Part shown: piece by piece, positions 1 through 10,148 of the stretch
Numbering within the stretch: the first letter of the stretch is position 1
Layout of the letters: each line of letters begins with the position of its first letter
Assembly (NCBI GenBank): GCA_030586555.1
Contig: JAURAC010000017.1
Location: 1-64,000, forward strand
Length of the DNA: 64,000 nucleotides
Source: Candidatus Subterrananammoxibius californiae
Lineage (GTDB): Bacteria; Planctomycetota; Brocadiia; Brocadiales; Subterrananammoxibiaceae
Direction of reading: 5' to 3'
Translations under genes and position numbers: made by a program
Notes under the pieces: generated by a model
The model's database searches: none
Seen by the model: the letters and a program-made list of their open reading frames with translations, nothing else
Told to the model about the DNA's origin: nothing

Positions 1-1762
1 TTTGCGTTCTGCCATAGGCATCGTGATTCCACGTGGATGTCAGCCAATCCACCTGTGTTTTAACCCCGCCTGTGGTCTTCCCAGAAAAATCCTCTTTCAG
101 GTGGCATCCATAGCACTGCGGTGCCCACACGCTATGGCAACTGTAACACTCCATCCTTTTAAGGTGAGGTATCTTAGACATAGCCACCTCTGCATCCATT
201 GTTTTCCACAATTTATCGCTGTTAATACTTTTAAGAACAGGTACCTCATGAGTATTGCCGTGTGAGTCAATCAGCTTTAGACGCTCTCCCTCCTTTAAAA
301 CATTGCCAAATGGGTTGCCCCTTGCGGTCAGGATATATTCCTTTTTTTCTTTCACAAATACAGAACGGATGTTGCCCTTTAATTCGAGGGCGTCTCCGTA
401 TCCTATCGGGAGTTCCCACGGATACTGTGTCGGTGTGCCATGACAGTCTGTGCACTCAATTTCTACGGCATGGTCAGTGGTAGGATAAATGTTCCCATCC
501 CCATGAATGTCTGCCGAGGTGTGGCAATCCACACATTCCATACCTCTCTGATAATGCACGTCAGCGCCAATGTGGAGGTATCTTTTGTCGTGTAAGCGTA
601 CTTGTGGCATGCCAGTGTCCGTGAAGGGAGAATTGTATGGAAATTCCATAATGCCAACAAAATTGGTACCAATCCTTTTGCCTCTCGTGTGGCAGCGGGT
701 ACATTGAACGGAGGGAATCTTTGTTGTGATTTTGTGCATTAACGGTTTATCAACCTCCTCTTTGAATATTGTTGGGTCGTTGCCTTCGTAATGTGCATTA
801 TTGCTGTACAGGACATGACATGCTGCGCATCCGCCAGCCCTCCTATCACCTCTATATTTGGCGCCATCTGTCCAGAGATGGCAGCGAGCGCACTCTTTAC
901 GATAGTAATCCACCATCATTGCCTTCGGAACACCCCATTCTTTTACTGCTTCGTCAAAAGTAACCAACTTGTCCACATGGTTAAGATGGTCAATGGCGCC
1001 CTGGCCAATAGCTTGTTTGACCCATTCTTTGTAGATTTCTGTCCCGCATAAAGGCACAGGAGAAAAGGGGGCGTCAACATCTACATTGGCGTACTTGCGC
1101 ACACCGATTGGAAGCAGTCCATTTGCAGAAAGAGTACTTGCAATAATGCCCATGGTGGTGCTCATAAGACCCCTTTGCATCCTGTAGGCGTGGTCTTCCT
1201 GCCCATGAGGGTCGCTTGAATTGCTTGTAACCTGCATGATACTGCCCGTTTTGCTGTGGCATTTTCCGCATCCCTTTCCATCTGCAACCAACCAGAGGTT
1301 TGATGGGTTAGAGTACATCCCTTTATGAGCTTCTTCTCTTGTGTTAGCATTTGGATTGCCTTCGTGGCATACGGAACATCCTTTGCCTCTGCCGCCTATG
1401 TTTTGTATAAAAGCCATTTTTGGATTTATTTCCTCTATCCCCTCGTGGCAGGCTAAACAGCCATTTTTTCGGACATCCTCTTCACTAACACTTTCGAACT
1501 TACTTAACAACGCATTCTTCGCTTGAAAAATTTTCAGGGCATCTATGGCGGCACCGCAATTATGCCGTATAGTTTCTTTAGAGCCGTCAAGGACAACTAT
1601 TTCACCACAGCCTTTACACTGGACGGAAATTTTATTAATCTCGGTTGCTGAATTAAGCGTAGAGGTTGGAGAGACCACGTTCTTTGTTGCACATCCAAAA
1701 TACGTAAGAACTGCTGATAGCGTGATAAATAATATCACGTTTTTACACGGAGCTTTCTTCAT
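1..1762 (-). CDS. Multiheme c-type cytochrome lipoprotein (ExtM-like), truncated by the window edge; absent from the ORF track
   Basis: Manual translation from ATG 1762 is open to base 1: MKKAPCKNVILFITLSAVLTYFGC (lipobox-like), then 10 CxxCH motifs (CLACH, CSVCH, CGKCH, CARCH, CAACH, CTRCH, CVDCH, CTDCH, CYSCH, CYGCH). Confidence 0.9.
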   Translation of the reverse strand, partial: MKKAPCKNVILFITLSAVLTYFGCATKNVVSPTSTLNSATEINKISVQCKGCGEIVVLDGSKETIRHNCGAAIDALKIFQAKNALLSKFESVSEEDVRKNGCLACHEGIEEINPKMAFIQNIGGRGKGCSVCHEGNPNANTREEAHKGMYSNPSNLWLVADGKGCGKCHSKTGSIMQVTSNSSDPHGQEDHAYRMQRGLMSTTMGIIASTLSANGLLPIGVRKYANVDVDAPFSPVPLCGTEIYKEWVKQAIGQGAIDHLNHVDKLVTFDEAVKEWGVPKAMMVDYYRKECARCHLWTDGAKYRGDRRAGGCAACHVLYSNNAHYEGNDPTIFKEEVDKPLMHKITTKIPSVQCTRCHTRGKRIGTNFVGIMEFPYNSPFTDTGMPQVRLHDKRYLHIGADVHYQRGMECVDCHTSADIHGDGNIYPTTDHAVEIECTDCHGTPTQYPWELPIGYGDALELKGNIRSVFVKEKKEYILTARGNPFGNVLKEGERLKLIDSHGNTHEVPVLKSINSDKLWKTMDAEVAMSKIPHLKRMECYSCHSVWAPQCYGCHLKEDFSGKTTGGVKTQVDWLTSTWNHDAYGRTQ

Positions 1763-1824
1763 GTTTTTCGCCCTGAATGGAAAACCTTTATTCTTGTAAG
1801 GACGTATGGCTATACGCCCCTATT

Positions 1825-2682
1825 CTAAACTCTGATTCTATCTAATGCAAGGAGAAGTCCGTAAATAATAGCCTGCGGTCTTGGGGGGCAGCCGGGAATA
1901 TAGACATCTACTGGGACGGTTCCCGTATCGTTGTACGGGACAAGATTGTCAATCCCGTTTTTTGTGGCGTAACAATTACTGAAGATGCCCCCGCTGCATG
2001 CACATGCGCCTAATGCAATAACCATTCTCGGTTCCGGGGTGGCATGATAGGTCTTTTTTAGTGCGATTTCAAGATTTCTCGTTAAAGGTCCTGTAACGAG
2101 TAGGCAATCGGCGTGGCGCGGAGAGGCGACAAAGTCTATGCCAAACCTTTGCAGGTCATGTACGGGATTTAATAGAGCAACAGCCTCCCACTCACATCCA
2201 TTGCAAGAACCAGCATCTACCTCCCTGACATGTAATGAGCGTTTGAATATAGATAAAATTTTTTTCTTAAGGTTTTTACCCAGTGTTTCTACAGGTTCTT
2301 TTGGGCTGAAACCTGCTCCCGTATCGTTGTACGGGACAAGCTTGAGTAAAAGGCCTTCTTTTTTCGTTGTAGCTAACTCAAAGTCGTTGGTAATAGTGAT
2401 AGCTTTATAAGGACATACCTCTTCACATAGCCCACAAAAGATACATCTGGCATGGGAGAGCTGCAGGTATCGTTTCTCGTTCCCAAGCTGGAGCTTGGGA
2501 ACGAGAGGAATCCATGTGTAAGCGCTTGTTGGGCATATCTCCACGCAGGCATTGCATTGCTTGCATTTTTCGTTATCTATTTCAATTCTTCCCCGAAATC
2601 GTTCGGGAGGCGTTTCTTTTTTATGTGGGTAAGAAGAAGTGACTATGCCTGTCTGAAAACTTTTTTGGAATTTTGTAAACAT
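1825..2682 (-). CDS. Fused HyfH-like 2x[4Fe-4S] protein and HyfI/NuoB-like hydrogenase small subunit
   Basis: CKQCNACVEICP and CIFCGLCEEVCP ferredoxin motifs; GSCNGCE, SPRHAD, GACACSGG and IPGCPPRP small-subunit motifs. Confidence 0.9.
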   Translation of the reverse strand: MFTKFQKSFQTGIVTSSYPHKKETPPERFRGRIEIDNEKCKQCNACVEICPTSAYTWIPLVPKLQLGNEKRYLQLSHARCIFCGLCEEVCPYKAITITNDFELATTKKEGLLLKLVPYNDTGAGFSPKEPVETLGKNLKKKILSIFKRSLHVREVDAGSCNGCEWEAVALLNPVHDLQRFGIDFVASPRHADCLLVTGPLTRNLEIALKKTYHATPEPRMVIALGACACSGGIFSNCYATKNGIDNLVPYNDTGTVPVDVYIPGCPPRPQAIIYGLLLALDRIRV

Positions 2683-2739
2683 TGTATCCTTCGCTAATAA
2701 CTCGTTCCCACGCTCTGCGTGGGAATGAGTGGATTCGGA

Positions 2740-4332
2740 TTATAAATCTGTACAAGAATAGCATAACTCAAAACTCTTATTAATCAATGGAAAATCAGGA
2801 ACAATGTTTCCTGGAATTGTAAAAGGGATGGCTTGCCAGTTACAAAAAGAAGGTGAGCGAACCTTGTATCTGAATAGCATGTTATTGGGAGCAGTCATGA
2901 CCCAGTAAATATTCTCACCTCGAGGGGATTCCACGTAACTCAAGGCTTGTTTGTATGGTGGAAATTCCTTAATTTGGGTCTTTATGGAACCCACGGGCAT
3001 CTTATCGAAACATTGCTCAATGATATGAATGGCTTGATAGACCTCATCTATCCTGACGCGTACCCTTGCCAGCACGTCCCCTTCGTAGTGAAAGACAGGA
3101 ACGTCAAAATCTACCGAGTTGTAGGCAGCATAGGGGTGATTGACCCTGGTATCGTGGGCAATTCCTGATGCCCGTGCTGCCACACCAACTACCCCTAACC
3201 CTCTGGCTATTTCTGTGGAAAGTCTACCCGTAGTTTCAAGGCGGTCTAACAAAGAGGAAGATGCAAACATAATTTTTGTAAGGTCTTTAAAATCTTTTCT
3301 AACATAAGTTAGTGTGTTTAAAATGTGTTTTTTTAAATCATCGTTTATATCGAATCGAACGCCGCCAATCGTGTTCATTCCTCTAAGGTATCGGTTTCCT
3401 GTAACGGTTTCATTGAGATGTTGTAAATACTCACGAATCCTGAATCCATGGGCGGTTCCAAGAAGAAAAGCAGCTCCTGCACATATATTTCCAATGTCTC
3501 CGATATGATTATAGAGCCTCTCTAATTCAAGGATAATAGTTCTGATGAACTTTGCACGTGGTGGTATCTCAATATCTGCCACCTTCTCGATGGCTTGACA
3601 ATAACCTGTTGCATGAGAGGCTGCACAAACACCACAAATTCTCTCTGCAAGGAATAAAGCCTTTGTATACGGCATATTTTCAAAAAGCTTTTCTGTGCCC
3701 TTATGGGTATAAAATAACTTGGCATCCAGATAGAATATGCTATCTCCTACAGCGCTGAACCTGAAATGTCCCGGTTCAATAATACCAGCGTGAATTGGCC
3801 CTACAGGTATTTCAAAGACCCCTTCTCCATCAACCTTCTTAAATGGCAGTTTAGATTCAAGTTGTGGCAGGGGTGTATTTATATCAAAATCCTTCCTTAA
3901 TGGATATGTATGTTCTGGGAAGTTGCCATGCAGTACGAGTGTATCTGGCTCTGGATGTCCTACAGGGGTAAGACCAAACATGTCCTTAATTTCACGTTCA
4001 TACCAATGGGCGGCTGGAATTTTTGGTGTAATTGATGGGAATTCAGGTTGTCGTTCGCTGATAGGCACATTAACAATTAAAAAGGTGTCTTCATGAGGGA
4101 TAGAAAAAACATAATATAGCTTGAAGTAATTATTTAGACTTCTTTCATCATTACAGAACATAGAAGAAAGCTTTGCACGAAATGTGTTGTGGATATAAAG
4201 GCATACATCCACAAAACTTTCCCTTTTTGAAGAGATATATATTTCATTTTCCTGGATACCTCTTGAGACGGTAATAATATCCTTGAATTGGTTTGACAAT
4301 TTATCTATACGGAGTTGTCTATTGTCACTCAT
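2740..4332 (-). CDS. hyfG: Group 4 hydrogenase large subunit (HyfG/HycE-like, NuoC-NuoD fused)
   Basis: WYEREIKDMFG, GPIHAGIIEPGHFRF, ERICGVC, ESPRGE, C-terminal ELCYSCTDL. Confidence 0.9.
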   Translation of the reverse strand: MSDNRQLRIDKLSNQFKDIITVSRGIQENEIYISSKRESFVDVCLYIHNTFRAKLSSMFCNDERSLNNYFKLYYVFSIPHEDTFLIVNVPISERQPEFPSITPKIPAAHWYEREIKDMFGLTPVGHPEPDTLVLHGNFPEHTYPLRKDFDINTPLPQLESKLPFKKVDGEGVFEIPVGPIHAGIIEPGHFRFSAVGDSIFYLDAKLFYTHKGTEKLFENMPYTKALFLAERICGVCAASHATGYCQAIEKVADIEIPPRAKFIRTIILELERLYNHIGDIGNICAGAAFLLGTAHGFRIREYLQHLNETVTGNRYLRGMNTIGGVRFDINDDLKKHILNTLTYVRKDFKDLTKIMFASSSLLDRLETTGRLSTEIARGLGVVGVAARASGIAHDTRVNHPYAAYNSVDFDVPVFHYEGDVLARVRVRIDEVYQAIHIIEQCFDKMPVGSIKTQIKEFPPYKQALSYVESPRGENIYWVMTAPNNMLFRYKVRSPSFCNWQAIPFTIPGNIVPDFPLINKSFELCYSCTDL

Positions 4333-5807
4333 TATGCATTCCTTACAATATCATAGATATTACTGAGTATTTCACGCAATAAAGGTGGTACATAGAAACT
4401 GATAATCATTACAAAAAACAAAAGGAAGCACATGGCGGCAATCGTAAATTTACTTACCTCTCCTGTTGGAATAGCCTGTACAGGGGCGCCAAAAATCATC
4501 TTGAATACATTATATACAAATCCAACAAATATAAGTGCAATACATACCACAAGTAATGAGCTGAATACAATAATGAATGCATTTCCACTTGAAAAGCTAT
4601 CTGCAAGTACCATAAACTCGCTGACAAATATATTGAACGGTGGAGTACCTGTAATAGCGAGGACGGCAATAATCAGAATTACCCCTGTAATGGGTGTAGT
4701 TTTAATAACCCCTCTTATACCTTCCATTTCCCTTGTTTTATACTTTAAGAATAAATTGCCTGCACAGAAGAACAGGAGTGATTTCGCTACAGCATGGTTA
4801 AATGTATGTAACTCTGCCCCGTAAACACTGTACATCCCTCCAAAACCCATTCCAAGTGCAATAAAACCGATATGCTCTATACTGCTAAAGGCGAAGAGGC
4901 GTTTATAATCCCTTTGTACGAGGATAAAAGGTATTGAAACGATGACGGAGATAAGTCCAAACACCATCAGGAGCGTACATGAATAGTCAGCGCCGACGCA
5001 TTTGGATGTTATTATATGGTATCTGATGATACCGTACATGGAACAATTTAATAGTACACCAGAAAATAAGGCGCTTATAGGGGAAGGTGCCTGACTATGC
5101 GCATCTGGCAGCCATGTGTGCATCGGGGCAAGACCTGCCTTTGTGCCGTATCCTATTAAGATGAAGAGAAAGGCAAGTTTTATAAGGTGGGGTTCGAATT
5201 TATCCGCTACTGTGAGCAAGTTCGTCCAGTTCAGTGTATAACCTATCTCACCTAAAGCGCTGCTTGACGAATGATAAGTGAGTATTACGCCAAATAACGC
5301 CAATGTAATGCCCACAGTGCAAATGATGATATACTTCCATGCCGCCTCCTGATGTTGTTTTTTGTTATAGAAACCCACCAAAAACGTAGTAGATAATGTG
5401 GTAGCTTCAATTGCCACCCACATAATACCCAGGTTATTAATCACACATACCATTAACATGGTAAAGATAAACATATGAAAGAGGAAGTAATACCATCGCA
5501 GCTTCTTTTCCGTAAACTCACCTGCATTAAATTCCACGGTCATATAGCCTGCTGAGTATAAAGAAGACGCAAACCCTACAAGAGTAACAATCTGCGTGGT
5601 AAGGATACTCAAGGCATCCATATAAAAGAAACCGTTTAGTCCTATTAATGAGTGATGGGTGTAAATATTGTAATTAAGGAATATGTTATATGCTAAAGTT
5701 ATAAAGCTTCCAGCAATACTTATGTATTTTGGTATAGCGTGTCCCTTTGTAAGGATACACGCAACAGCGGTTATAATTGGTATAATCAAAAGCAGTGGTA
5801 TTATCAT
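4332..5807 (-). CDS. hyfF: Hydrogenase-4 membrane antiporter-like subunit F
   Basis: EAAWKY, GYGTKAGLAPMHTWLPDAHSQAPSP; operon position. Confidence 0.88.
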   Translation of the reverse strand: MIIPLLLIIPIITAVACILTKGHAIPKYISIAGSFITLAYNIFLNYNIYTHHSLIGLNGFFYMDALSILTTQIVTLVGFASSLYSAGYMTVEFNAGEFTEKKLRWYYFLFHMFIFTMLMVCVINNLGIMWVAIEATTLSTTFLVGFYNKKQHQEAAWKYIIICTVGITLALFGVILTYHSSSSALGEIGYTLNWTNLLTVADKFEPHLIKLAFLFILIGYGTKAGLAPMHTWLPDAHSQAPSPISALFSGVLLNCSMYGIIRYHIITSKCVGADYSCTLLMVFGLISVIVSIPFILVQRDYKRLFAFSSIEHIGFIALGMGFGGMYSVYGAELHTFNHAVAKSLLFFCAGNLFLKYKTREMEGIRGVIKTTPITGVILIIAVLAITGTPPFNIFVSEFMVLADSFSSGNAFIIVFSSLLVVCIALIFVGFVYNVFKMIFGAPVQAIPTGEVSKFTIAAMCFLLFFVMIISFYVPPLLREILSNIYDIVRNA

Positions 5808-5810
5808 TTT

Positions 5811-6476
5811 TTATTCCCTGAGTTCGCTTAAGAATGCCGTATCGATGGTATCGAACGATTCCTTAATCCTGTATACGTAAATTCCCATGATGATTACACT
5901 CACCAGTACATCGAAGAATAACCCTAACTCCACTATGAGTGGCATACCATAAGAGGTGGATAAGGCGGCAAAAAACAGACCGTCCTCCATGGCAACAAGT
6001 CCAAGTACCTGCGTAATGGCTTTCTTTCGTGTAATCATTGCAAAGAATCCTATAAGGGTAATGGCAAATGAAACAGGCAAGCAATGGCGCATGAAAGTAT
6101 TTTCAAATTGGATAATAGATAGCGTTGCATAGTACGCAATAAGGATAATACCGCAAGAGAGCAGCAGGGATAATGTATAACTTATAAAAGATTCTATCTC
6201 TTTTTTGATATTGGTTTTATTAACGATATAGAATAGAAGACCAGGCAGGAAAATTACCTTTAGCAGTAAGGAGATACCCGTAGTAATATAGATATGATGA
6301 AGTCCAGAAAAATAGGCTATAAGACCGCTTGCCACTGTAAGGAGAAAAGACCGAAAGGCATATGCCCATATACAGGTCTTTAAACGACTCGTGCCAACAA
6401 GTATAATCGTGGACATGAGCATCAAAACTGCCAGAATGTCAATAACCCTCGAATTTACTATGATTGGTTGTTCCAT
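5811..6476 (-). CDS. hyfE: Hydrogenase-4 membrane subunit E (start re-called at MEQPII)
   Basis: RKKAITQV..AMEDG, GMPLIVELGLFFDV; the longer ORF-track start overlaps hyfC. Confidence 0.85.
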   Translation of the reverse strand: MEQPIIVNSRVIDILAVLMLMSTIILVGTSRLKTCIWAYAFRSFLLTVASGLIAYFSGLHHIYITTGISLLLKVIFLPGLLFYIVNKTNIKKEIESFISYTLSLLLSCGIILIAYYATLSIIQFENTFMRHCLPVSFAITLIGFFAMITRKKAITQVLGLVAMEDGLFFAALSTSYGMPLIVELGLFFDVLVSVIIMGIYVYRIKESFDTIDTAFLSELRE

Positions 6477-6481
6477 TGTAA

Positions 6482-7426
6482 TTAACTCACCACATAAAAC
6501 GAGATAATAGCCAGGATAGCCAGAATAAATGACGTACCTAACAGGTTGGGTACGCGAAATAATCGAAGCTTTGCAAACGATGATTCTAATATAGCAATCA
6601 AAAAGGCAAAGAATCCTATCTTGGCAAGGTATAGTCCAAAAGAAATAACAAGACCTGAGAAGGTAAGACCCCTTGCAATACCCCAGGGTAGAGAGGTATT
6701 GACCAATATAGTCAATAACAACAGAAGTTTCATGGAGGATGCCCATTCTATCAATGCCAGATACCGTCCAGAAAACTCAAGTATCATTCCTTCGTGAATC
6801 ATCGTTAATTCCAGATGGGTAAAAGGGTTGTCAACTGGTATCCTGCCTGCTTCCGCAATTATTACGATAGCAAGGGCAGCAAAAGCCAAAGAGAGAGACG
6901 GGTTCATTAAAAGGATGCTATTATTAAGCAATGTATTTGTGATGTCGCTCAAATTTGTGGAACCAGCGGTCAAGGAAATAGTAAGGATAGAAAGCATCAT
7001 GGCTGGCTCCGCCATGGAGGATACTGTCATTTCACGGCTTCCACCCATCCCGCCGAATGCGCTGCCTGTGTCAAGAGAAGATAAGGCCAGAAAAAATCTT
7101 CCCAGAGCAAAGGAGTATATTATCAGTATGACGTCACCCGTGAAATTGAGCGGCACTTGTGATGACAAGACCGGCACCAGCAAGGCTATTATTAAGGCCG
7201 AAACAAACGTTACATAAGGCGTTGCCGTAAAAATCCACGAAGCCGTCTCTGAGACTACCGCATCTTTCCTGAGCAGTTTGATGAGGTTATAATAGGGCTG
7301 GAACAGACTGGCCCCCCTCCTGCACTGAAGGCGTGCCTCAATCTTGTTAATAAACCCCTTTACAAGGGGTGACAGCCCTATGATAACAACGATTTGTAGA
7401 ATAGGCAGAACAATATTTGAAACCAA
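6482..7426 (-). CDS. hyfC: Hydrogenase-4 membrane subunit C (NuoH-like)
   Basis: ARLQCRRGASLFQPY, GGMGGSRE, RIPVDNPFTHLELTMIHEGM. Confidence 0.9.
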   Translation of the reverse strand: MVSNIVLPILQIVVIIGLSPLVKGFINKIEARLQCRRGASLFQPYYNLIKLLRKDAVVSETASWIFTATPYVTFVSALIIALLVPVLSSQVPLNFTGDVILIIYSFALGRFFLALSSLDTGSAFGGMGGSREMTVSSMAEPAMMLSILTISLTAGSTNLSDITNTLLNNSILLMNPSLSLAFAALAIVIIAEAGRIPVDNPFTHLELTMIHEGMILEFSGRYLALIEWASSMKLLLLLTILVNTSLPWGIARGLTFSGLVISFGLYLAKIGFFAFLIAILESSFAKLRLFRVPNLLGTSFILAILAIISFYVVS

Positions 7427-7436
7427 GCCTCTACCT

Positions 7437-9470
7437 CTAATCTAATATGATGACAACCAATATCGAAATTAATAAGGTTACAAAGATATAAGCAAGATAT
7501 ATGTGAATGCTTCCTGTATGCACCCACCTTACCCTATTTGAAATGTTTAAAACATATCTGGAAATAGGTGTGTAAAAATAGTTTTCAAATATGGGTGTTA
7601 TCTCACCGATGTAAGTAATAGACTTAACAAAATATTTGGGAACAGAATATATTGTGTTAATTTCTCGCCGAGGTCTATATAGGTTGCTAAAGATTATCCT
7701 GAAAGGTTTAGTAAATGCTGTAGCCGTATATTCCAACCTGGATTCAGGGGATATTCCGCACGTCCATGTCTCATAAATTTTCTTCGTAAAGCCCGGTCTT
7801 ATCATGGTCAGGACTCCAAATGTAATTCCAAAAAGTATCAAGCCAAATACTGTGGCGCTTTTTGGTGATAGTTCTGTAAAGTTGGTGTGGATAGACCTGG
7901 TTTGCAGCCAATCATAAGAAGTAATGGCTCCCATGATGTCTGTGCCGAGAAGATGTGTATTTACATGATTAATGGTCATCATAATCTTTACCGGAAAAAG
8001 TCCCATAAATATACACATTACGGCTAAAACCCCCGTACTTATGAGCATAGTAAGGGGAACCTCCTTTGCCTTTTGCGCATGCTCAGAGCGTGGTAAGGCA
8101 AGGAATGAAATTCCAAAGGCTTTGATAAAACATGTGGCAGCCAATGCCCCTGACAGTGCAACAACAGCCCCGCAAATAACCGTTGTTACTTTAATAATAA
8201 CTGAGGGGATATTAAAGCCATTTAATAAGGATTGGAATAAAAGCCACTCGCTGATAAATCCATTTAGCGGCGGGATGGTGGAAATAGACAAGGCGCCCAC
8301 AAGGAACAGCGGCGCTGTAATATAAAGTCGTTTTATCAACCCTCCCAATTCTTCGATATTTTTTATATGTGTAGCGTAGTAGATATTTCCCGCACAGCCA
8401 AAGAGCAGGCACTTGAACACTGCATGATTAATCAAATGATAAAGACCTGCAATCATGGCAAAAGATGATAAGGTTATCAGATTATAAGACTTAAAGGCCA
8501 TGGACAATCCGATACCTATAAGGATAATACCGATGTTTTCCACGCTGTGATAGGCGAGTAGCCGTTTCAGGTCATGCTCCATTAGTGCATACATGACCCC
8601 CAATAGTGTGGAAATAGAACCAATAACAAGCACCGTAAAACCCCACCAGGGTGGACAAGGCGGTAGAAATTCAAAATAGAATCGTATGAAGCCATAGATA
8701 GCCGTCTTAATCATCACACCTGACATAACCATCGAGACGTTGCTTGGGGCAGCTGGATGTGCCATGGGAAGCCAGAGATGGAGCGGGAAAATACCTGCCT
8801 TTATTCCGAAGCCGATTATTATTAAAAAGAATACTATATTTTTGTATATTGTGGGCACATTTGCTCCGACGAATCTGATATCGTCAAAGCTGAACGAACC
8901 TGTATAAGTGGTCAATATGAAAAAAGCAACTGCAAGAAGCGCTGCACCAATATGTGCCATCACAATATAAACAATACCTGCCTTAATACATGCTGGATTC
9001 TCATGCTCAAAGATAACAAGGAAAAAGGAAACCACCGTCATTAGTTCCCATACAATCATAAACACTAATGCGTTATTGGCTGTAACAACCAGAAGCATGC
9101 TTAAAAGAAAGAGGTTGTAAGTAAAACCCAAGAATCGAGTATCACGTTTATTAACGTATAATTTTGTATATCCTAATGAATAAATCGTAGCTATAAAGCC
9201 AATAACGGATATTGCGAGTATAAAATATGAAGAAAGATGGTCTATTAAAAAATCGTATTTAATAATGGCGTGATATATCAGGAAATTAAAACGTATTGAA
9301 GAACCATTAGACAGCATTGTTACAGCAGTCGCTATGCCGAAGCAGGAGGCTATGGTGGCACAAATGAACGAAATGTAATTTCCAGCCATTTGCCACCTGA
9401 AGAAGCATAAGGCAAACAAGGCGCCCACAAGGTACAAAATTATAGATAAAATGAACAATTGTTCCGTCAT
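7437..9470 (-). CDS. hyfB: Hydrogenase-4 subunit B (NuoL/MrpA-like)
   Basis: HLWLPMAHPAAPS, KRLLAYHSVENIG, PPLNGFISEW, TWTCG. Confidence 0.9.
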   Translation of the reverse strand: MTEQLFILSIILYLVGALFALCFFRWQMAGNYISFICATIASCFGIATAVTMLSNGSSIRFNFLIYHAIIKYDFLIDHLSSYFILAISVIGFIATIYSLGYTKLYVNKRDTRFLGFTYNLFLLSMLLVVTANNALVFMIVWELMTVVSFFLVIFEHENPACIKAGIVYIVMAHIGAALLAVAFFILTTYTGSFSFDDIRFVGANVPTIYKNIVFFLIIIGFGIKAGIFPLHLWLPMAHPAAPSNVSMVMSGVMIKTAIYGFIRFYFEFLPPCPPWWGFTVLVIGSISTLLGVMYALMEHDLKRLLAYHSVENIGIILIGIGLSMAFKSYNLITLSSFAMIAGLYHLINHAVFKCLLFGCAGNIYYATHIKNIEELGGLIKRLYITAPLFLVGALSISTIPPLNGFISEWLLFQSLLNGFNIPSVIIKVTTVICGAVVALSGALAATCFIKAFGISFLALPRSEHAQKAKEVPLTMLISTGVLAVMCIFMGLFPVKIMMTINHVNTHLLGTDIMGAITSYDWLQTRSIHTNFTELSPKSATVFGLILFGITFGVLTMIRPGFTKKIYETWTCGISPESRLEYTATAFTKPFRIIFSNLYRPRREINTIYSVPKYFVKSITYIGEITPIFENYFYTPISRYVLNISNRVRWVHTGSIHIYLAYIFVTLLISILVVIILD

Positions 9471-9538
9471 AGCGTATCGTAATCCAGATTTAAGAAAAGT
9501 GTGGAATATATCTAAAAGGCTGAATTATGAGGACAGAG

Positions 9539-9566
9539 GTAGAGACGCATTGGTATGCGTCTCTAC
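9539..9566. repeat. GTAG-type REP-like palindrome family; copies also at 1796, 13559, 17218, 18381, 48746, 50184
   Basis: GTAGAGACGCA-x6-TGCGTCTCTAC and GTAGGGGC..GCCCCTAC variants, 27-29 bp. Confidence 0.85.
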
Positions 9567-9588
9567 TGCTCGTCGAAGGTGAGGGCTT

Positions 9589-10146
9589 TTAACTCCCGGT
9601 AAGTATAGTTTCTTCTATGGAATGTTTCAAACACTTCTCCATCTTAACAGCGTTAACCCCGTCCCGATAATAATTTGTTATAATATCCTTCTCAGAAAAA
9701 CCGTGTTTTTCGTAAAATCTCCTTGCAGGCATATTATGTTCCCTTACTTCTAACGTAATACGTTCAACCCCTCTGGTGGAAAATATATCCTCAAGCCAGG
9801 AGAGTAATTCCGTTGCAATGTTTCTACACCTGTAATCTTCCCTGACACAAATGGAATAGAGGCGGCCAACAATTGAGTCACGAGTCGTGAGTCCTGAGTC
9901 GTGAGTCTTGAATTTCTCATTCTGACCCACGACTCCCGACTCCCGATACCCAACCCGCTTTCTTGTTAATCCAATGGTACAGCCTATCACATCATCACCA
10001 TCCATAGCAAGTAAAACAATTGCATGTTGTGAAACCACAAGATTACGTAGCCGACGACGGCTAAAGGCATCTACGGTGAAGCATGCATTTTCTAACGCTT
10101 CAATTTTTGGTAAATACCTCACGTCGGCTTTTACATATCTGACCAT
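9589..10146 (-). CDS. RimI-like GNAT acetyltransferase with an internal minisatellite-derived insertion
   Basis: YSICVREDYRCRNIA, LEVREHNMPARRFYEKHGF, NYYRDGVNAVKM. Confidence 0.85.
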   Translation of the reverse strand: MVRYVKADVRYLPKIEALENACFTVDAFSRRRLRNLVVSQHAIVLLAMDGDDVIGCTIGLTRKRVGYRESGVVGQNEKFKTHDSGLTTRDSIVGRLYSICVREDYRCRNIATELLSWLEDIFSTRGVERITLEVREHNMPARRFYEKHGFSEKDIITNYYRDGVNAVKMEKCLKHSIEETILTGS

Positions 10147-10148
10147 CG

